64,000 bases of DNA from the human T2T-CHM13v2.0 reference genome, Homo sapiens. This document shows positions 38,966 through 53,525 of the stretch, in pieces (within the stretch, counting starts at the first letter, position 1; every line of letters begins with the position of its first letter). The stretch lies in the NCBI RefSeq assembly GCF_009914755.1, contig NC_060927.1; one strand, written 5' to 3'. The notes under the pieces were generated by a model that worked only from the letters and a program-made list of their open reading frames with translations, did no database searches and was not told the origin of the DNA. Position numbers and translations under genes: made by a program.

Positions 38966-41709
38966 CTTTAGAAATGTTAAAACACTAAAGCAGAACAATA
39001 AAATTGAATAAAAACAAAACATTCCCACCACCATCATTACTGTCCTGATCAACAGGAAAAGCTGAAACAACATCATGGGAAGACCCAGCTATCCTTTCTC
39101 GAGGAGGCAGGAGTAGAGAACGCTGATGGATTTGGTCTTGCCTTATCAGCACATATAACTGTTGTTCAAGCGTAGTCTCCAGTGAGATGCGAATGGAATG
39201 GTAAAACCACAAGTGGGCTCAAAATCCCAACAGGTGTCTTCTCCAGGGGACCCAGGTGTCTCTCTTTCCTGGAATCATGGTACAAATGTCGAGGACTCCC
39301 CTATTAAGCTAACCTGTACCACTTAATAAAACAGGAACAGTTCTTAAGTACGGCACTTGCCAACTGAAAAATCTGGAGCACTATTTTTCTATTAAAACCT
39401 TGTCCATGTTTTTCCTATTGGAACCTGGAAACTGGACAAATTCTGAAGAAATCCGAAGGAATTTCTTTAGAAAAGAATTCTGTTAACACCAAAAGCTCCC
39501 AAGCACTACACAAGGCAAATGCTAGGTTGCGTTACGCTCAAATGTAAAAGCAGGGTTCCAATCCAAAGTGATGTGTCCTTCACACCAGGCTTTGTGTGCA
39601 TCAGGGTTTATGCATTTGTACACTGATCCTCGCACATTTCTGCATCTCCCTGCTTCATAATTTCATAATCAGTTCCAGATTTCCTATTTCTTCCACATCG
39701 TAAGGCACAGAGTTCCAGATTTGAGAGATGCAAGGTTTAAGGGTATGAAAGTGCAGTGAAACGTACGATAATAATAAAACCAAAACTGAAGTTTTGTTTC
39801 ATACCCACTGAGAAGTAACAAACTGAGTATATACCTTGGGACCCATCTGATCTTCAGAAACTGTTGGAACATGGTAGACATGTACAAAAATTTCATATGT
39901 AAAGTGGATCCTTTGGTTGGTAGACCTCCTTACCAACAAAGCTAAAAGTGTTCCTACATTGCTATAATAAACACATCGGATTTGGATATGCCTGCCAAAG
40001 CACCATAACGCTTCTCTCAAAATTCAGAACTCTGTCTCTACATTACAAGACAGAGCAAACTGAAAGATCAGGTTAATCTAGGATAAACTTCATCTCTTGA
40101 GTTCAAAGACAACTGGCCTCTCTAGGGGTTTCAATCAAGGGTTCTTTGAAGGATTGCTCTCAAATTCATTAAAGAAATTTCACTGACTTCACAGACTTTG
40201 GCATTAAATAGATAACCTGAGCTCTTCATTGCCTGGCAAAATGACTGTTCACCTTTGAAGCTCTGCAAATTGGGATTAAGTTGGCTGTTTGCCTTTTACC
40301 TCAAAGATGACTCCACTCCATTGACCAGCGAGTCCCCAGGCAATGACCTGGTTGATCAATGACATCAAATTTATCTCTACAATGTGTCTCTTAAAACACC
40401 CATCCTTTCAACAGATTGGCTTTGTTATGATTTTTGCTTTAGATGTAGTAGTACTCTTGATAATAATGCCATCCCCATAATAAAAATTCAGGAAATGAAT
40501 CATATTTTAAAAATCCAAGTGTAATTTCCAGCTAACTTGAAAGATGTGTGGGGTTTTTAGATGTATAAACTCAACTTTTAAACCCTGCTTTGAATTTCGC
40601 TTCCTCAATTACCACAGAAAATGAGGTGTCTCATCAGACCCTGGAGCGAGCCCTAAAGCAGCACGGACTTGCTTTTCACAATGACTCTGCACATTCCGGA
40701 GAAGGATCGGCATAAACACATAGGTTTTCACCCTCTAACCCCACCGTCTGCTTCCTCTGTGCCCCATAATCTAAAACATCTCTTCTTCGCAGGTATATGG
40801 TCTTGGATTTGTCACAGTGTACGGGAGACTTTACAAGGCCAATAAAATGACAGCTGCACAGAGGGAACTGGGTGGCTTTTACCGACTCTGAAACACCACT
40901 GCCTTTAACTCCCAGGGATCAGGAACTTGAAAGCACTCCGATTCACTTAGCTCTGTGTTTGTCATAAAGTTAAGGCTAATCAGATTTTCCCCAACTTGCA
41001 GCCCTATCTTAAATCCTCAAGCTGCTCCTATGCAAACTTAACTGATGGAAGATGTGATTACGCCTTCTCAGGTCATAAATTCTAGATATTTATAACATAA
41101 CTGTTGTCATTTAGGCCAATTAAGATGCTTTTACTAGCTCGGAACAACTACCTATGGGGCTTGTCAAATACTCTGACAGTGGTTTATGACCCTTCACAGT
41201 GATTTTATCTTATAGGGATATGAAAGATGGTTGCATGCAAAAATAGCCAGGAGGCCTTGAAGCACATTCTTCATATTAGCATCATCCATACCCCATTTCC
41301 ATTCTGTCCCCTTTCTTATCCACTAAAACCCCGATTTGACTCTAACTGCCCCCCCTCCAGCCAGAGTTGGTTTCTTTGATCACCTTTTTTTTCTCCAAAG
41401 ACCTAAAAGAGGGAGATAACACCTCTTGAGACACTACTATAAAACACCCAAGTGGTGGGCTGGTTAAACGCCCAGCTGGGAATGCCAGACTTCCACATGC
41501 ATAACATGTCCCTAAAGACAAGTGGGTTTTCCTTTTCACTTAGGGCAAACACTCCCTCATGAAAAGCAAAAGAGGGTGGGTGACAACAAAGAAAGAACGG
41601 GACATATTTGGGGAGTTCATACAGACAGGTTATAGCTTCTCCTTTTCCTTTGTGAAATATCGCTTATCTACTACTGTTCCCCTCCTGCCGTTTCTTCTTT
41701 TAACAAGGC

Positions 41710-42135
41710 CCCCAAGCACTGATTTCAGGCACTGTACTAGGCTAGGGATACAGGGATCAAGAAACACTCAGGCTGGCTGGAGACACAGACACCTTGATAA
41801 TTATAATGCAAAGTGTTAACAGGTAACAGGACAGTCATGCACAGCAAATTCTGGAAGCACTGAAAAGTGGCATTTCACTTTTGGAAGGGAGGTGGTCAGG
41901 GGAGATTCCTTGGGAAAAAGAATTCCTAGTCTGGGCCTTAGAAAATGCCAGGAGACAGCTAGGCCAATTGGGGGAGAAAAGTAGTTCCAGGAGGGAGAGA
42001 AAGAACAAAGGCGTGGATTGGAGGAGGACATGGGATACGTGGAAAATGCCAGGCAGGTGAGTGTTCCAGAGCATCACATCCCTGCCAAGCAGCAGTGAAA
42101 ATTGAGGCTGGAAAGGAAAGTCAGGGCACACTCCT
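41710..42135 (-). mobile_element. L2 fragment
   Basis: caggcactgtactaggctagggatacagg...gtggtcaggggagattcct. Confidence 0.65.
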
Positions 42136-43309
42136 GTGGGACTTTGTATTCACATGACATAAGCTATTTCCTTTCTTGTTCAAAGGAGGCCTGGTATAAT
42201 GGTGCTCTTTTCATAAACCTAACTGGACATAGTTGGGTAAGAATTTTTCCATCCGAATCTGTTTGCTTCGTACCGCCATCCATAGCTGGCACTGTCAAAT
42301 TCCCCAGACTAACTTGACAGACATAACTGTTTGAAAATCCGGCCACACTTCCCTTGGTAAAGAACGCTTTGCTTTCGATGACCAAAACAACACTATTTGT
42401 AGAAGCCAGGTAAAGCACCCAAAATTCCACCTGATATAACAAATATGAAGTGCTGACTCCATACAAAGTCCTATTCTGGGAATGAGTCAGAAATGTGGTG
42501 GAGAAGGCACGACCTCAGCAGCCAGTGGATTCTCAAGTAGACAGTGACACATCATGGATCTTAAAATGTAATGGTCTTTTATCAATGTGATTTTTTCCTT
42601 GTGTTTCTAATGATGACAATTTGATTGAATTTGACCAAAGGAAAAAAAATAAAAAGTACAACATCTACTTGGCCAAAGGAAGATAAAAGTGTGGAAAATA
42701 TATCATAGCATTTGAAATTCTGCAGTATGGGCAAATGCAAGCTACCAGCAATTTCTTCAAATTAGCAGCTTAAATGTGCTACAGAGACACAGGAATCAGA
42801 GTAGCAGTGCTAACCTAGGCAGTCCTCAAAATGATCAAATTGGAGTTCATTTTCAAGAATCTTATGGAAGTTTTTGCTGCTGTTAAAAATTTTAAATATT
42901 TGACTTTGTTTGTTTATACTCTGCCTTGGTCCAGAAAGGATTAAAGCATCTAATACCAAACAGAAGAGGGTCATATTACTGGAAGAGTGAGTGCTTGAGT
43001 TCCTCCTCCTCATATTAGAGGAGGAGTGAGGGCTCCAGTTCCATCTGCCATGCAAACGTCAAGTTGGTTCCGACCGAGACTTGGACCATGCTGATTCAAA
43101 CCCAGAAAATGTTTCTAAACCAGAACATTCTGATTCAACACAAAATTCCCCAGCTGTGGAGCAACAAGGGAAGAACTGTGAATCCACTTCTAGAGGAAGG
43201 CTGGGAACCAATGAGCTTTATCAGCTGAGCAAAATTCCAGATAAAGAATTCATGTTCTCTGATTTGTTCTCCATGCCCACATGTGACTTGTTTCTGACCT
43301 GAGGATGGT

Positions 43310-43510
43310 ATAAAGTGGCACAGTGCAGTGGGAGGCACAAGCCCCACTGCCTGGTTTGCATTTCAGTTTCACCACTTGGGCAAGTCACCTGAGCTTTCAT
43401 TCCCTCAGTTTCCTCATTACCACAGAGGATTACTGTAAAGACTGAAAGAATTAATACATGAAGACAGTGCCTGGCACATATGAAGTGCTCAATAAATGTT
43501 AGCTGTAATT
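43310..43510 (+). mobile_element. MIR
   Basis: cttgggcaagtcac...cctcagtttcctcat...cagtgcctggcacatatgaagtgctcaataaatgttagct. Confidence 0.8.
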
Positions 43511-43574
43511 ATGATTTTCTATTCCTCTGTTAAGCACAGAGAGAACTACAGAAGTAAAGACCCCTACTTTGTCA

Positions 43575-44145
43575 TGTTAAGTATAGTGAACCCCAAGTTT
43601 CTCTTCAAAGAATCAGTATGTCAGTATGTTCAGCTCTCTTATTCTTTGATTTTCCATTTTAAAGTTTAACTTCCTGGTTCTCTTCGCCCTCTTGCTTCTA
43701 GTTTCAGTAAACAACATTTTTCCACCAGTTTTAATCAGTAGTTCACATCTGTTCCCCTGGTCACCTGCTTTGACCTCAGTCATGCCTGGTCACCTGCTTT
43801 GACCTAAGTCCCCTTTAGTTATCTATTCCTAACTGTCCTTCCCACCAAACTATTCACCCTGCCACTCTGGCTCATACCCCTGCTCTGTTTAAAATAGCCA
43901 ATCAGAATTAGCTTAGACTGAGCAGTCCAACCCTAGCCAATAGAGGAACGACACAGCAGTAGGGTCCTGCATCAGGAATAAGAACTACTTCCCCTCCCCT
44001 GTCCAGGTGTGCTCTCGCCATTGTTCCATCTGCAAGGGGCACCCTTTCTGCAGAAAGTAAAAATTGACTTGCTGAGAGAATTAAATTTATGTTCAAGTGC
44101 TATTTCTTTGCAGCACTGGGTAATAAGCATTTTGCATTTCTAACA
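43575..44145 (+). mobile_element. Solo ERV1 LTR, LTR10 family (LTR10C-like; HERV-I group)
   Basis: TGTTA...TAACA termini, 571 bp; tttctcttcaaagaatcagtatgtcagtatgttca LTR10 signature; two CCAAT boxes, AGTAAA; flanks GTCA/GTCT. Confidence 0.88.
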
Positions 44146-44779
44146 GTCTATAGGGAATTTCCAGTCTTGCTTCATGTATGATTGCCAAAGGAGAAACTGC
44201 CAACGGTGATCAAGAGAAGGGAATTCCAAAGAAAATTGGGTTAGGACTCCAACAGCTCAAGAGAGAGGGGTTTATGGCATATTCAGAATTTCAGAGGAGG
44301 TTTCCTAAAGGAGCATATCTGGGCTGAATCCAACAGGTAGGATGTAGGCAGATATTGGGCATTTTAGATAATGGCAAGCAATAAGCACAGAGATGTGAAA
44401 AAAGGAATGAACACTATTTTTAGAAGAGGAAAAATGATACCTCATTATCTGGGAATGGTGGAAAATTCATAAAACTGCGCAGGGGGGCCCATGCGGGAGG
44501 AATGTGAGGACGAGTCCGAGGTAGTTGAACCTAATATGGTTGGAAATAAAGAGGAACTGACAATGTGTCGCCACGGGAGGGACACAGAGAACGTGGTGTT
44601 TCAGGAAGGTGAACATGGCTGGGGCATGCAGGGTGGATGGGATGGGAAAGTTCTGAGTCAGGGAAACCACCCCAGACTGGTGCTGAGAGGACAGAGAGGA
44701 AGTGGTGGATGGGAGAGGTGCCCTGTGGGAAGAACAGGCTGGCCTTGGCCAGTGACTAGACATGAGGTGTTAATGCTCA

Positions 44780-44968
44780 GGGTCTGGAGTCTGACGGCAT
44801 GGGTCTGAGGCTCAGCTCTGCCACTCAGCAGCCTTGGCTCGGGGCACTGACTCAGTGGAAACCCAGCTTTTTCCTCTGCAAAATGGGAATAAGTGTGCTG
44901 ACTTCACCTGGATGGAAAGCACTTAGCACAAGGTCTGCTCATCCCAAAGTGGTCAATAAATGGTAACC
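44780..44968 (+). mobile_element. MIR
   Basis: ctggagtctgacggcatgggtctgaggctcagctctgccactca...ctgcaaaatggg...tcaataaatggta. Confidence 0.75.
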
Positions 44969-45279
44969 ATGTCTGTGGTGTCGGTATGATAAAGAAAAAG
45001 GAAGAAAAAAAATGAGAAAACTGAGGTTTCTACCTGGTCCTGAAGCCACTGAATGAGACACAGTCCTGGCTGGTCCCTAGTTCCCTCTTCCAGAGACCTC
45101 ATTAACATTTAATATCAGCCACTTAATGCCTGATAAATTAAGATGTCAGTGTAAATGGAGGCTTGTTTATTATGTCCCTTTTATTACATACCCCATCCAT
45201 TTCCATCTCTCCATGGAAACCAAGTCTTTCCAAAAAGGAAAATGGTGATAACCTTGTTTTATTTAAAAGAAATAGCTTA

Positions 45280-45590
45280 GGCCAGGCACGGTGGCTCACG
45301 CCTGTAATCCCAACACTTAGGGAGGCCGAGGTAGGCGGATCACTTGAGGTCAGGAGTTCGAGATCAGCCTGGCAACATGGTGAAACCCCATCTCTACTAA
45401 AAATACAAAAATTAGCCAGGGGTGGTGATGCATGCCTGTAATCCCAGCTACTTGGAAGGCTGAGGCAAGAGAATCGCTTGAATCTGAGAGGCAGAGGTTG
45501 CTGTGAGCCCAGATCGGACCACTGCACTCAAGTATGGGTGGCACAGTGAGACTCCGACTCAAAAAAAGAAAAAAAAAAAAAAAGAAAAGA
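45280..45590 (+). mobile_element. AluSx/Sz-like
   Basis: Full dimer; TSD approx AAAGAA(A)TAGCT. Confidence 0.95.
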
Positions 45591-45662
45591 GAAAGAAATA
45601 GCTAAGTTAAAAAAAAAAAAGTAAGTGCTTTTCACTTTATTTCATAAGAAGAGGGAGGAGGA

Positions 45663-46018
<356 letters not shown>

Positions 46019-47378
46019 TCAGCAACACAAAGACTTAAACCGAAGTGAAATACAGGGCGCATTATCCCTTTAAGCCCTTGAGTTAACTCAAGGGGACTGA
46101 AAGGCATGTCTGTATTTCTACAGGAGGTTTGTGGTGGGTTCAGAAAACATTTAAAGAAGTACCCTATTATCTCAGGTAGGTGTGTTCCAAAGAATCTAAA
46201 CTGAATGTACGTCTGTTTTGGTTCCTGAAAAATGTTTCTCAGCTACTTTCGCTTCCCAGAGTCCATCTTGCACAATACAAATTACAGAAGTGAGTTGCAT
46301 TTTACCTAGTAAGTCTGGAATGAGCAGCTAAGGAAGTGGTAACACAGGGAAATGTTTCTTTAGCATGCCTTTTTGACCTTTGCAGAACTGTCCTTGATGG
46401 CCCTGAGCATGCCAGCCTTTACCTCCCAGTTAAGCTTGAGGTATTTGGAAAACAAGTTTTGAAAAAAGCCACACAATCAAAGGAGGTCAGGCAAATGACT
46501 TGGTACTGATCAGCACCAATGATTAGCCCTGGTGGTTACTGATGTAAGGACCCCGGATCCTTTAAGAAACCAGAAGGAGAGAAATGATGGAGTAACTTCC
46601 CTAAGTCCGCTAAAGCATATTTGCTGAGAATATGCTCTCCAGTCAGCCTAGGCTCTGGAATCCCTGAGCAATTATCATTTTTTCCATTCTTTACACATGC
46701 AACTCATTAGCATTACAGCATAAATGAGTTTTACTAGCCAGGTCTGCTTATTTACTGAATAAAGCCCAAGCCAGTGATTGCTTTTATTACAGAAGGAAAT
46801 TCATGGCTTCTCACCAATCCTTTGGATAAGGTGGCATTGGAAAAGTAACCTCTAACCAGACACATGGTACAGAAGAATTGCTACTGCTCACCAGAGATAT
46901 AAAATCCAAAAGGAAATGACTTTACCCACCATAGAAGCTCCACAGTACTCACAACTTGTCATCTGTGTATAACAGCACAGGTCATAGGTCCTCTCAGACC
47001 TGGAGTTCCTTCAACACGTTCAGAGCCAGGTGACCCTGAACAAGTAACATTTCTGAGTCTCAGTTTCTAGCCTTTAAAATGGAACCAATATCTACTCACT
47101 TCACAGGACATTGTACAGGTCAAATGGATTAGTGCATATAAAGTCTTTAGGATTATGCCTGGCCTGTGGGAATCATCCCAGAAATATCTGCTATTGCTAT
47201 TAATGTAAAATCAAAAAAGCACAACCTCTATCCCACTGAACAGTGTTGTCATTCAGGGCTCTGAGTAAATTATTTTCAGTGGATAAATCATCTCTGAATG
47301 AGACAGGAACAAACTGAAACTTGGCTTCAGCTCCACAAAACTGTTGGGTCCACTCTTTCTTCAGAAATTTCTTCTTTT

Positions 47379-47721
<343 letters not shown>

Positions 47722-47994
47722 TCATTTTTAGCAGAGCAGATCAGATTGGCCATATGGGTGAGCCAATATCGTCACCTTAATATTTAGAAGCTAGGCAAGA
47801 TTAATGAGAAGATGAGTGTCTTAAAGCCACAGAAACACAGGACCATAGAGCTGCTCAGGCCCTTGAGAACCTTTTAGTTTAACTCTTTCTTGATAGAGAC
47901 ATCACAAAAGAAAGTGTCTTTCCATGGGCCACAGGTCATGAAAGAGACAGAAGCAGGACTGAAATCATCAATCAAGGGACTTTCTGTGACCTTC

Positions 47995-48370
47995 CATTTT
48001 TAATTTAAAATATTAGATGTTCCTTGGAATTTTAATAGAACTTGGATGTAAAATCATCTGGACTGGGACTTGGTGCTTTTTTTTTTTTTTTTTTTTTGAA
48101 GAAAGGGGGCGGGGGTCATATTTTAGCTACTGATTTAGTCCTTTTAGTGGTTACTGATATATTTAGGTTGGCTTTCTATTTAATTTTGAGTAAGTTTAGA
48201 ATTTTTTTCAGAAAATTGTATCTAATTTTTAAATATATTGGCACAAAGTTACTCATAATATCTTTTATTGTAAAAAGTCTCTTTGTATCTATAGTTATAC
48301 CCCCATTTTTCTTCCCAAGGAAGCATTTTGTATCTTTTCTCCTTCCTTTTTCTTGTTTAACCTGGACAAT
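47995..48370 (-). mobile_element. Old L1M fragment
   Basis: tgtaaaatcatctggactgggacttggtgctttt...tttagctactgatttagtcc...T-rich antisense L1. Confidence 0.65.
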
Positions 48371-48379
48371 GATTAGACT

Positions 48380-48608
48380 ACAGAGGAGATGTCAACAGAA
48401 TTTTCTGCAACAATGGAAATCTATTATCTACAGTGTATGATATGAACAGACCTGCATTGTCCAATACTGTAGCACTAGCCACTAGCTCAGTGTGGCTGTT
48501 GAGCTCCTTGAAATATGACTAGTGTGACTGAGAAACTGAGTTAAACATTTTGTTGCATTTTAACTAATTTGAATGTAAATTGTCATGTTACCATATTGTG
48601 TCATGCAG
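48380..48608. mobile_element. MER3-like hAT MITE
   Basis: aacagaattttctgcaacaatggaaat...tgtccaatactgtagc...tgtggctgttgagctccttgaaatatgactagtgtgactgagaaactga. Confidence 0.8.
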
Positions 48609-49849
48609 GTCTATGATATACATAGGGTCTTTTCAAAGATTCAGCTTTTATTTTGAAAACCATCTCATATTATTTTTGTTGTTGCTATTTTCTATTTACT
48701 TATGCCTTTGCCTTAAACATTTTTCCTTCCTTCTACTTCTTTCTGTTTACTCTGACTGTTTTTATGAAGATCAATCAGTAGCCAAGAAATAGACTGGCAC
48801 AGGGTTCCATCGAGGCCCAAATCCCTTCTTCCTTGGATTCCAGTCCTAAAGGCTCAGTAGGAAAGGCCTGGGAAAATGTCATTGAAAAAAGAAGATGAAA
48901 AGCGGAAGGCTTCTAGATGAAGGCCAAGCCAGGAACCTGGCTATTAAGAATATTTTCTCTCCTCCCCAAAATGAGCTGGTTGAATCCAATGTGACACTGA
49001 AAGGGAAATCAAAATGCCTGAAGAACAAGTTGTAGATTTGAATTCTCAAGTACCTGAATTCCTCCTTGGGACTGAAGCCTCTGACATATGATACTTTGTA
49101 GAGAGTGTCCTGCTAGCCATGCCGAAATCTGGACACCAAGAACCTTTCTTATATGAGGAATTTTTTACATGAATGAAGTTGAGAACCAGGAGCTTTGCTA
49201 TCCAGGGATTTCACCATTTGGGACTAAGAAGCAGAGATGGAAGGAAACAGATGCAGATGAACTACTGTAAAGGGACAAGAAGAAATCTCCCTTTGCCTGG
49301 AGGGAGTCTGTCTTCAGACTTGAAGATGAGACCCACCCTCCATAAAGCAAGGATTCATTACACTTGCAGTCTCCTGGGCCTCGCGGCTCACTTGGAGCCA
49401 CTGAGCAATAAATACCATGAAGCTCACTATCATAGGGATGCCTAGGGAGTGGGGTGGCAGAGATGCCATGGCTCCCAGAGATGATCGGAAGCCAGTACAC
49501 GATGAACTCTAGAAGGCTTAAGCTGCTTCTGCTTTGATGCCTGGGGTTGGGAGGAAGCCAAAAGGCTTATCCCAAAAGGACTCTCAAACACTAGAAATAA
49601 AACACATTGAAACTTACAGTGACTTGGAGAGCATGTTAGGTAAAGTTAGCTTATGACTTCCAGTTTTCCTGGTGATTTTATTACAGTAATTCAAGGTTTC
49701 TCATAATATTCCTTGCTTCTTGTTACTTTTGAATTGTATTCTAAATGACCAAAGTATCCTAAACACCTACATCGCATAATTACCTGTATACTCAGAAAGA
49801 GACTAGCTGTTCCCTGATCATGTATTTCCTTAAACAACCAGTTGCAGAG

Positions 49850-50170
49850 CTGGGCACTCTGCCAGGGCTGGGCTTGCGATGGTAAACCACATAGATAAGG
49901 TACTTCTCATGAATAGATGTTCTACTGAAGACAGGCAAACATGTTAACAAATAAATAACTTAATTCATATGGTGACAAGTATTATCAACAGTATAAAACA
50001 GGGGAATGTGACAGACAGGACCTGGAGGGTGTGGGAGTCCTCTTCAGGAGGTTACAGATAAGCTGAGCCCCACATGATGAGAAGGAGCCAGCCTTCTAAC
50101 CATAGAGCGGGTGGGCTCCAAGCATATGAGACAGCAGTCTCAGAGGTCCTGCGTGGCAATAAGCTAGTCG
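49850..50170 (-). mobile_element. L2 fragment
   Basis: ggcactctgccagggctggg...ttcaggaggttacagataagctgagcccc...gaaggagccagcc. Confidence 0.6.
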
Positions 50171-50366
50171 TACTGGTGGGGAGGGGTAGAAAGAAAGTGG
50201 GGTACCATGAATTTGGTAAATCAGTGCAAGGCTCTGTAACAGGACGGAAGAGAAGACGGGAGCCAGACTGGGGGAGCCCTTGTGAGCCAGTAAGGACTTC
50301 ACATTAATTAAAGGCTCATGAAATATTTGCAGCTACTCTCCTAAAGCATACTATCAGACAAGACAC

Positions 50367-50676
<310 letters not shown>

Positions 50677-52054
50677 AATAAGACAGTTTTTATACTTCCT
50701 TACTGACTCTCAAAGCAAAGTAGACCCTGACTGTGGGGAGAAAGGGCAGATTACACTGGTACTTTTTGCAGATTATACTGGTACTTTTTGCTCAATGAGT
50801 TGGGCAAGAAACCAGGTCCTTCTGAGACCTCCTCATGTGTCTGCAGCCATCAAAGACACTACTGTAGGGGCTTCACAGAGCTCACGGGCCTCCCTGGTGG
50901 ACACACCGTCAACTTGGATAGGCCCAAATTCCTTGGCAGTCATCCCTGCTTCCGCCTCTAGGTTTTACACAAAGATTTTTTTCTTTTTTTCCTGCCACTG
51001 GGAAAAGTACATAAAAATAGGTGTGCCACTTGAAAATTAAACAGAGAGTAAATACCCAGAGTAGCCGGGCTGTGATCTAGATAACACTGGAGAATCTAAG
51101 AGTGGGAAGTCACGTAACATAAAAATAAGAAAGAAGGAATCATGGCAGTAATGATCAGTTTGGAAAAAAAAAAATAGATGGAAAGAATTTGGAAGGTAAC
51201 AACTTCCAGATGGTCCTGGTGGTGAAGATAGCTATATATAGAGAAAGAGAGGCTAATTAGTTCCCAGGCTGAGGCCCTAGTTTCTGTTAAGTAAGTGATT
51301 GTCTCATGGTGGTTTAGTTCAATACTAGGGGACACACACCACATTGCGAGTAAATTAAGTATTTGGGGTTTTTTTTTTCCCCAAGCAATGGGAATTGCCC
51401 AACCTTAATACAATTAATTAAGACTCAATGAATGTTTAATTGAGTTCTGGTGCTTGTACCAGGGACACAATGGGCTCTTTGTTTTGGCCAAGCTCCTAAA
51501 TATTGGGAAAAGGAAGAAAGGCTGAAAAAGAGCAAGGGTTAGTCAATAGCTTTCCCCTAAATGCTCAGATGCACAAGTTGGTTTCCAAACATAACAGCCA
51601 ATTCAGTGAAATCCAGGAGATTGCCCTTGGAGGAGGTTGTGGACCTTCCAGGAAGAAAGGAAAAATATTGCCTGACACCTCCAGGTTGGCACTGAAAGTT
51701 ACAAGCTAGTTTCAAACTCCTCCTCCAAAACTCTAGCTCTGCCAACTAAATGGACCATCTTTACAGTGTACACTCAACTAAACTCCCACTTGGTTTCTTC
51801 CTATTGTGGAGTCAGGGGCTCTCAGCAGTGAAAAGAAGGTTGAGAAAATTTAGGAGGTGGGAAGAGTCATTGGAATGCTCTTTCCAGAATACTGTGACCA
51901 AATGGACAGCTTTTGGCCAGCCACCAACCATCACCTGACAGGTGGCTGGATAAAGATGTGGGGGATTTTCATCACTCTCAAATCCACACTGTTGGCTTCT
52001 AAGAGAATTCCACAAAGAGCAACAATAACAATTAAAAAGTGCTTCCATTTGTTT

Positions 52055-52270
52055 ACCATGTATCTATTCTGTCAGCCCTGTGTGTGGCATTCCACTTCTA
52101 TTATCTCATTCGACTTTCACAACAATATTGAGTGGTCAGCCCTCTTATCATCTCCACTGGAACATATGCAGAAACTGATGCTTTGAGATATTAAGTCCTT
52201 TGCCCAAGGTCTCATAGCTAATAAATGGAGGAACTGCGATTGCAACCAAGGATGCTTGACCTTGGAGTCT
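52055..52270 (-). mobile_element. MIR
   Basis: ttatctcattcgactttcacaaca...gaaactgatgctttgagatattaagtcctttgcccaaggtctcatagcta. Confidence 0.75.
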
Positions 52271-53003
52271 GCACTGAGTCTTGCTCACACCTGATACTGT
52301 GCTGAGTTACTCTCTGAATGAACTCCCACTGGGCAGATGAGCTGGAGGAACTGCCAAACAGCTGGTTCCCTCTATGCACACCAGCAGGGGAAGTCTTGAT
52401 CCTTTGGCCAAACAGGAAATATGTGATGTGTGCCCATATACATACCAACCTGCAGAGCTGCCAAGTGGCAATTAACACTGTGGATCCCTATAGAACATCA
52501 GCTTCTCATCTTGGTCCAGTTGTACCTGAGAACTAACTGATTGGAGAAGAGAAGCAAGGAGGCCCAGGGTACCAGGGTATGGATGACCATGAGGTTCAAG
52601 CTCATATTTTTTTTTCCAGGAATCTGGTCTTAATTCACTGCTGGAAGGCTGTCAGGCTCTGGGAAACCAGGTGAGATGGAGACAAGGAGGCAAGGACTTT
52701 TGCCCCCAATATCCAGCTCTCTATTCTCTTAAGTTTGGTTTCAGTGGAAGCCCAAGGGGTGGCCCAAAGACATCTGGCTTGGCCATGTGTTATGTCCCAC
52801 CCCCACTCCATCCTATAGGATCTTTAGCAGCCTGAGATGATTGCAGTCCTAATCTAGAACTTTGGGATGACTCAAAAGAAGATGTAACTCACCTAAACCA
52901 TCATTACATCATAATATTTAGAGCTGGTAGGATTCTTGGGGATAATTTAGACCAATATCATCTCTCACCCCAATTAACACCAAGATCCTCAATATAATTC
53001 TGT

Positions 53004-53060
53004 GAAAGAAAGGAAGAGAAGATAGAAGGAGTGAAGAGAAGAAAGAAGAAAGAAAGGAAG
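53004..53060. repeat. GA-rich purine tract
   Basis: gaaagaaaggaagagaagatagaaggagtgaagagaagaaagaagaaagaaaggaag. Confidence 0.8.
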
Positions 53061-53299
53061 TTGGTTAGTCAGCTAGCTGTTTCTGAGAGGCTAAAGGGTC
53101 CCAAATTAGTTTCGCCAGGACTAAACCACAAGTGTTCAAATTCCTAGTATGTGATCTTCCCATTTTATGACCTTGTCACTATTTTTTCCAGAGTACCCAT
53201 TGTCCACCTGTCTATTTATCCATCTAATCAAGAGAAGCCTTATTGCCTATTATCTCCTAGGCATAGGGAAGTGCACACATGAGTAACCTCCCTCTTTGG

Positions 53300-53525
53300 T
53301 GGGCTTTTGTGAGCTCTAGGATAAGTAACCAATGTCTAGTACTGTGCCTGACCGATATCAGCACACAATAAATATTTGCTGAAAAGATGCAAGAAAGCAC
53401 CCAGATAACATAATCCAGGGTAGAACATAAGGACCTAGGAACACCCCCAGCAACTGAAAGAGTACCTGACATAGAGAATGCATTCCATAATGTCTGCTGA
53501 ATGAATGAGTGAGTGAATGAACAAA
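53300..53525 (+). mobile_element. L2 3'-end fragments
   Basis: ctagtactgtgcctgac...caataaatatttgctgaa; gtacctgacatagag...ctgaatgaatgagtgagtgaatga. Confidence 0.65.

Noticed and set aside
39064-39126. Peptide ETTSWEDP resembling a WW-domain C-terminus
   Set aside because: In-frame stops shortly upstream and downstream, no first Trp or aromatic core, and no donor before the stop
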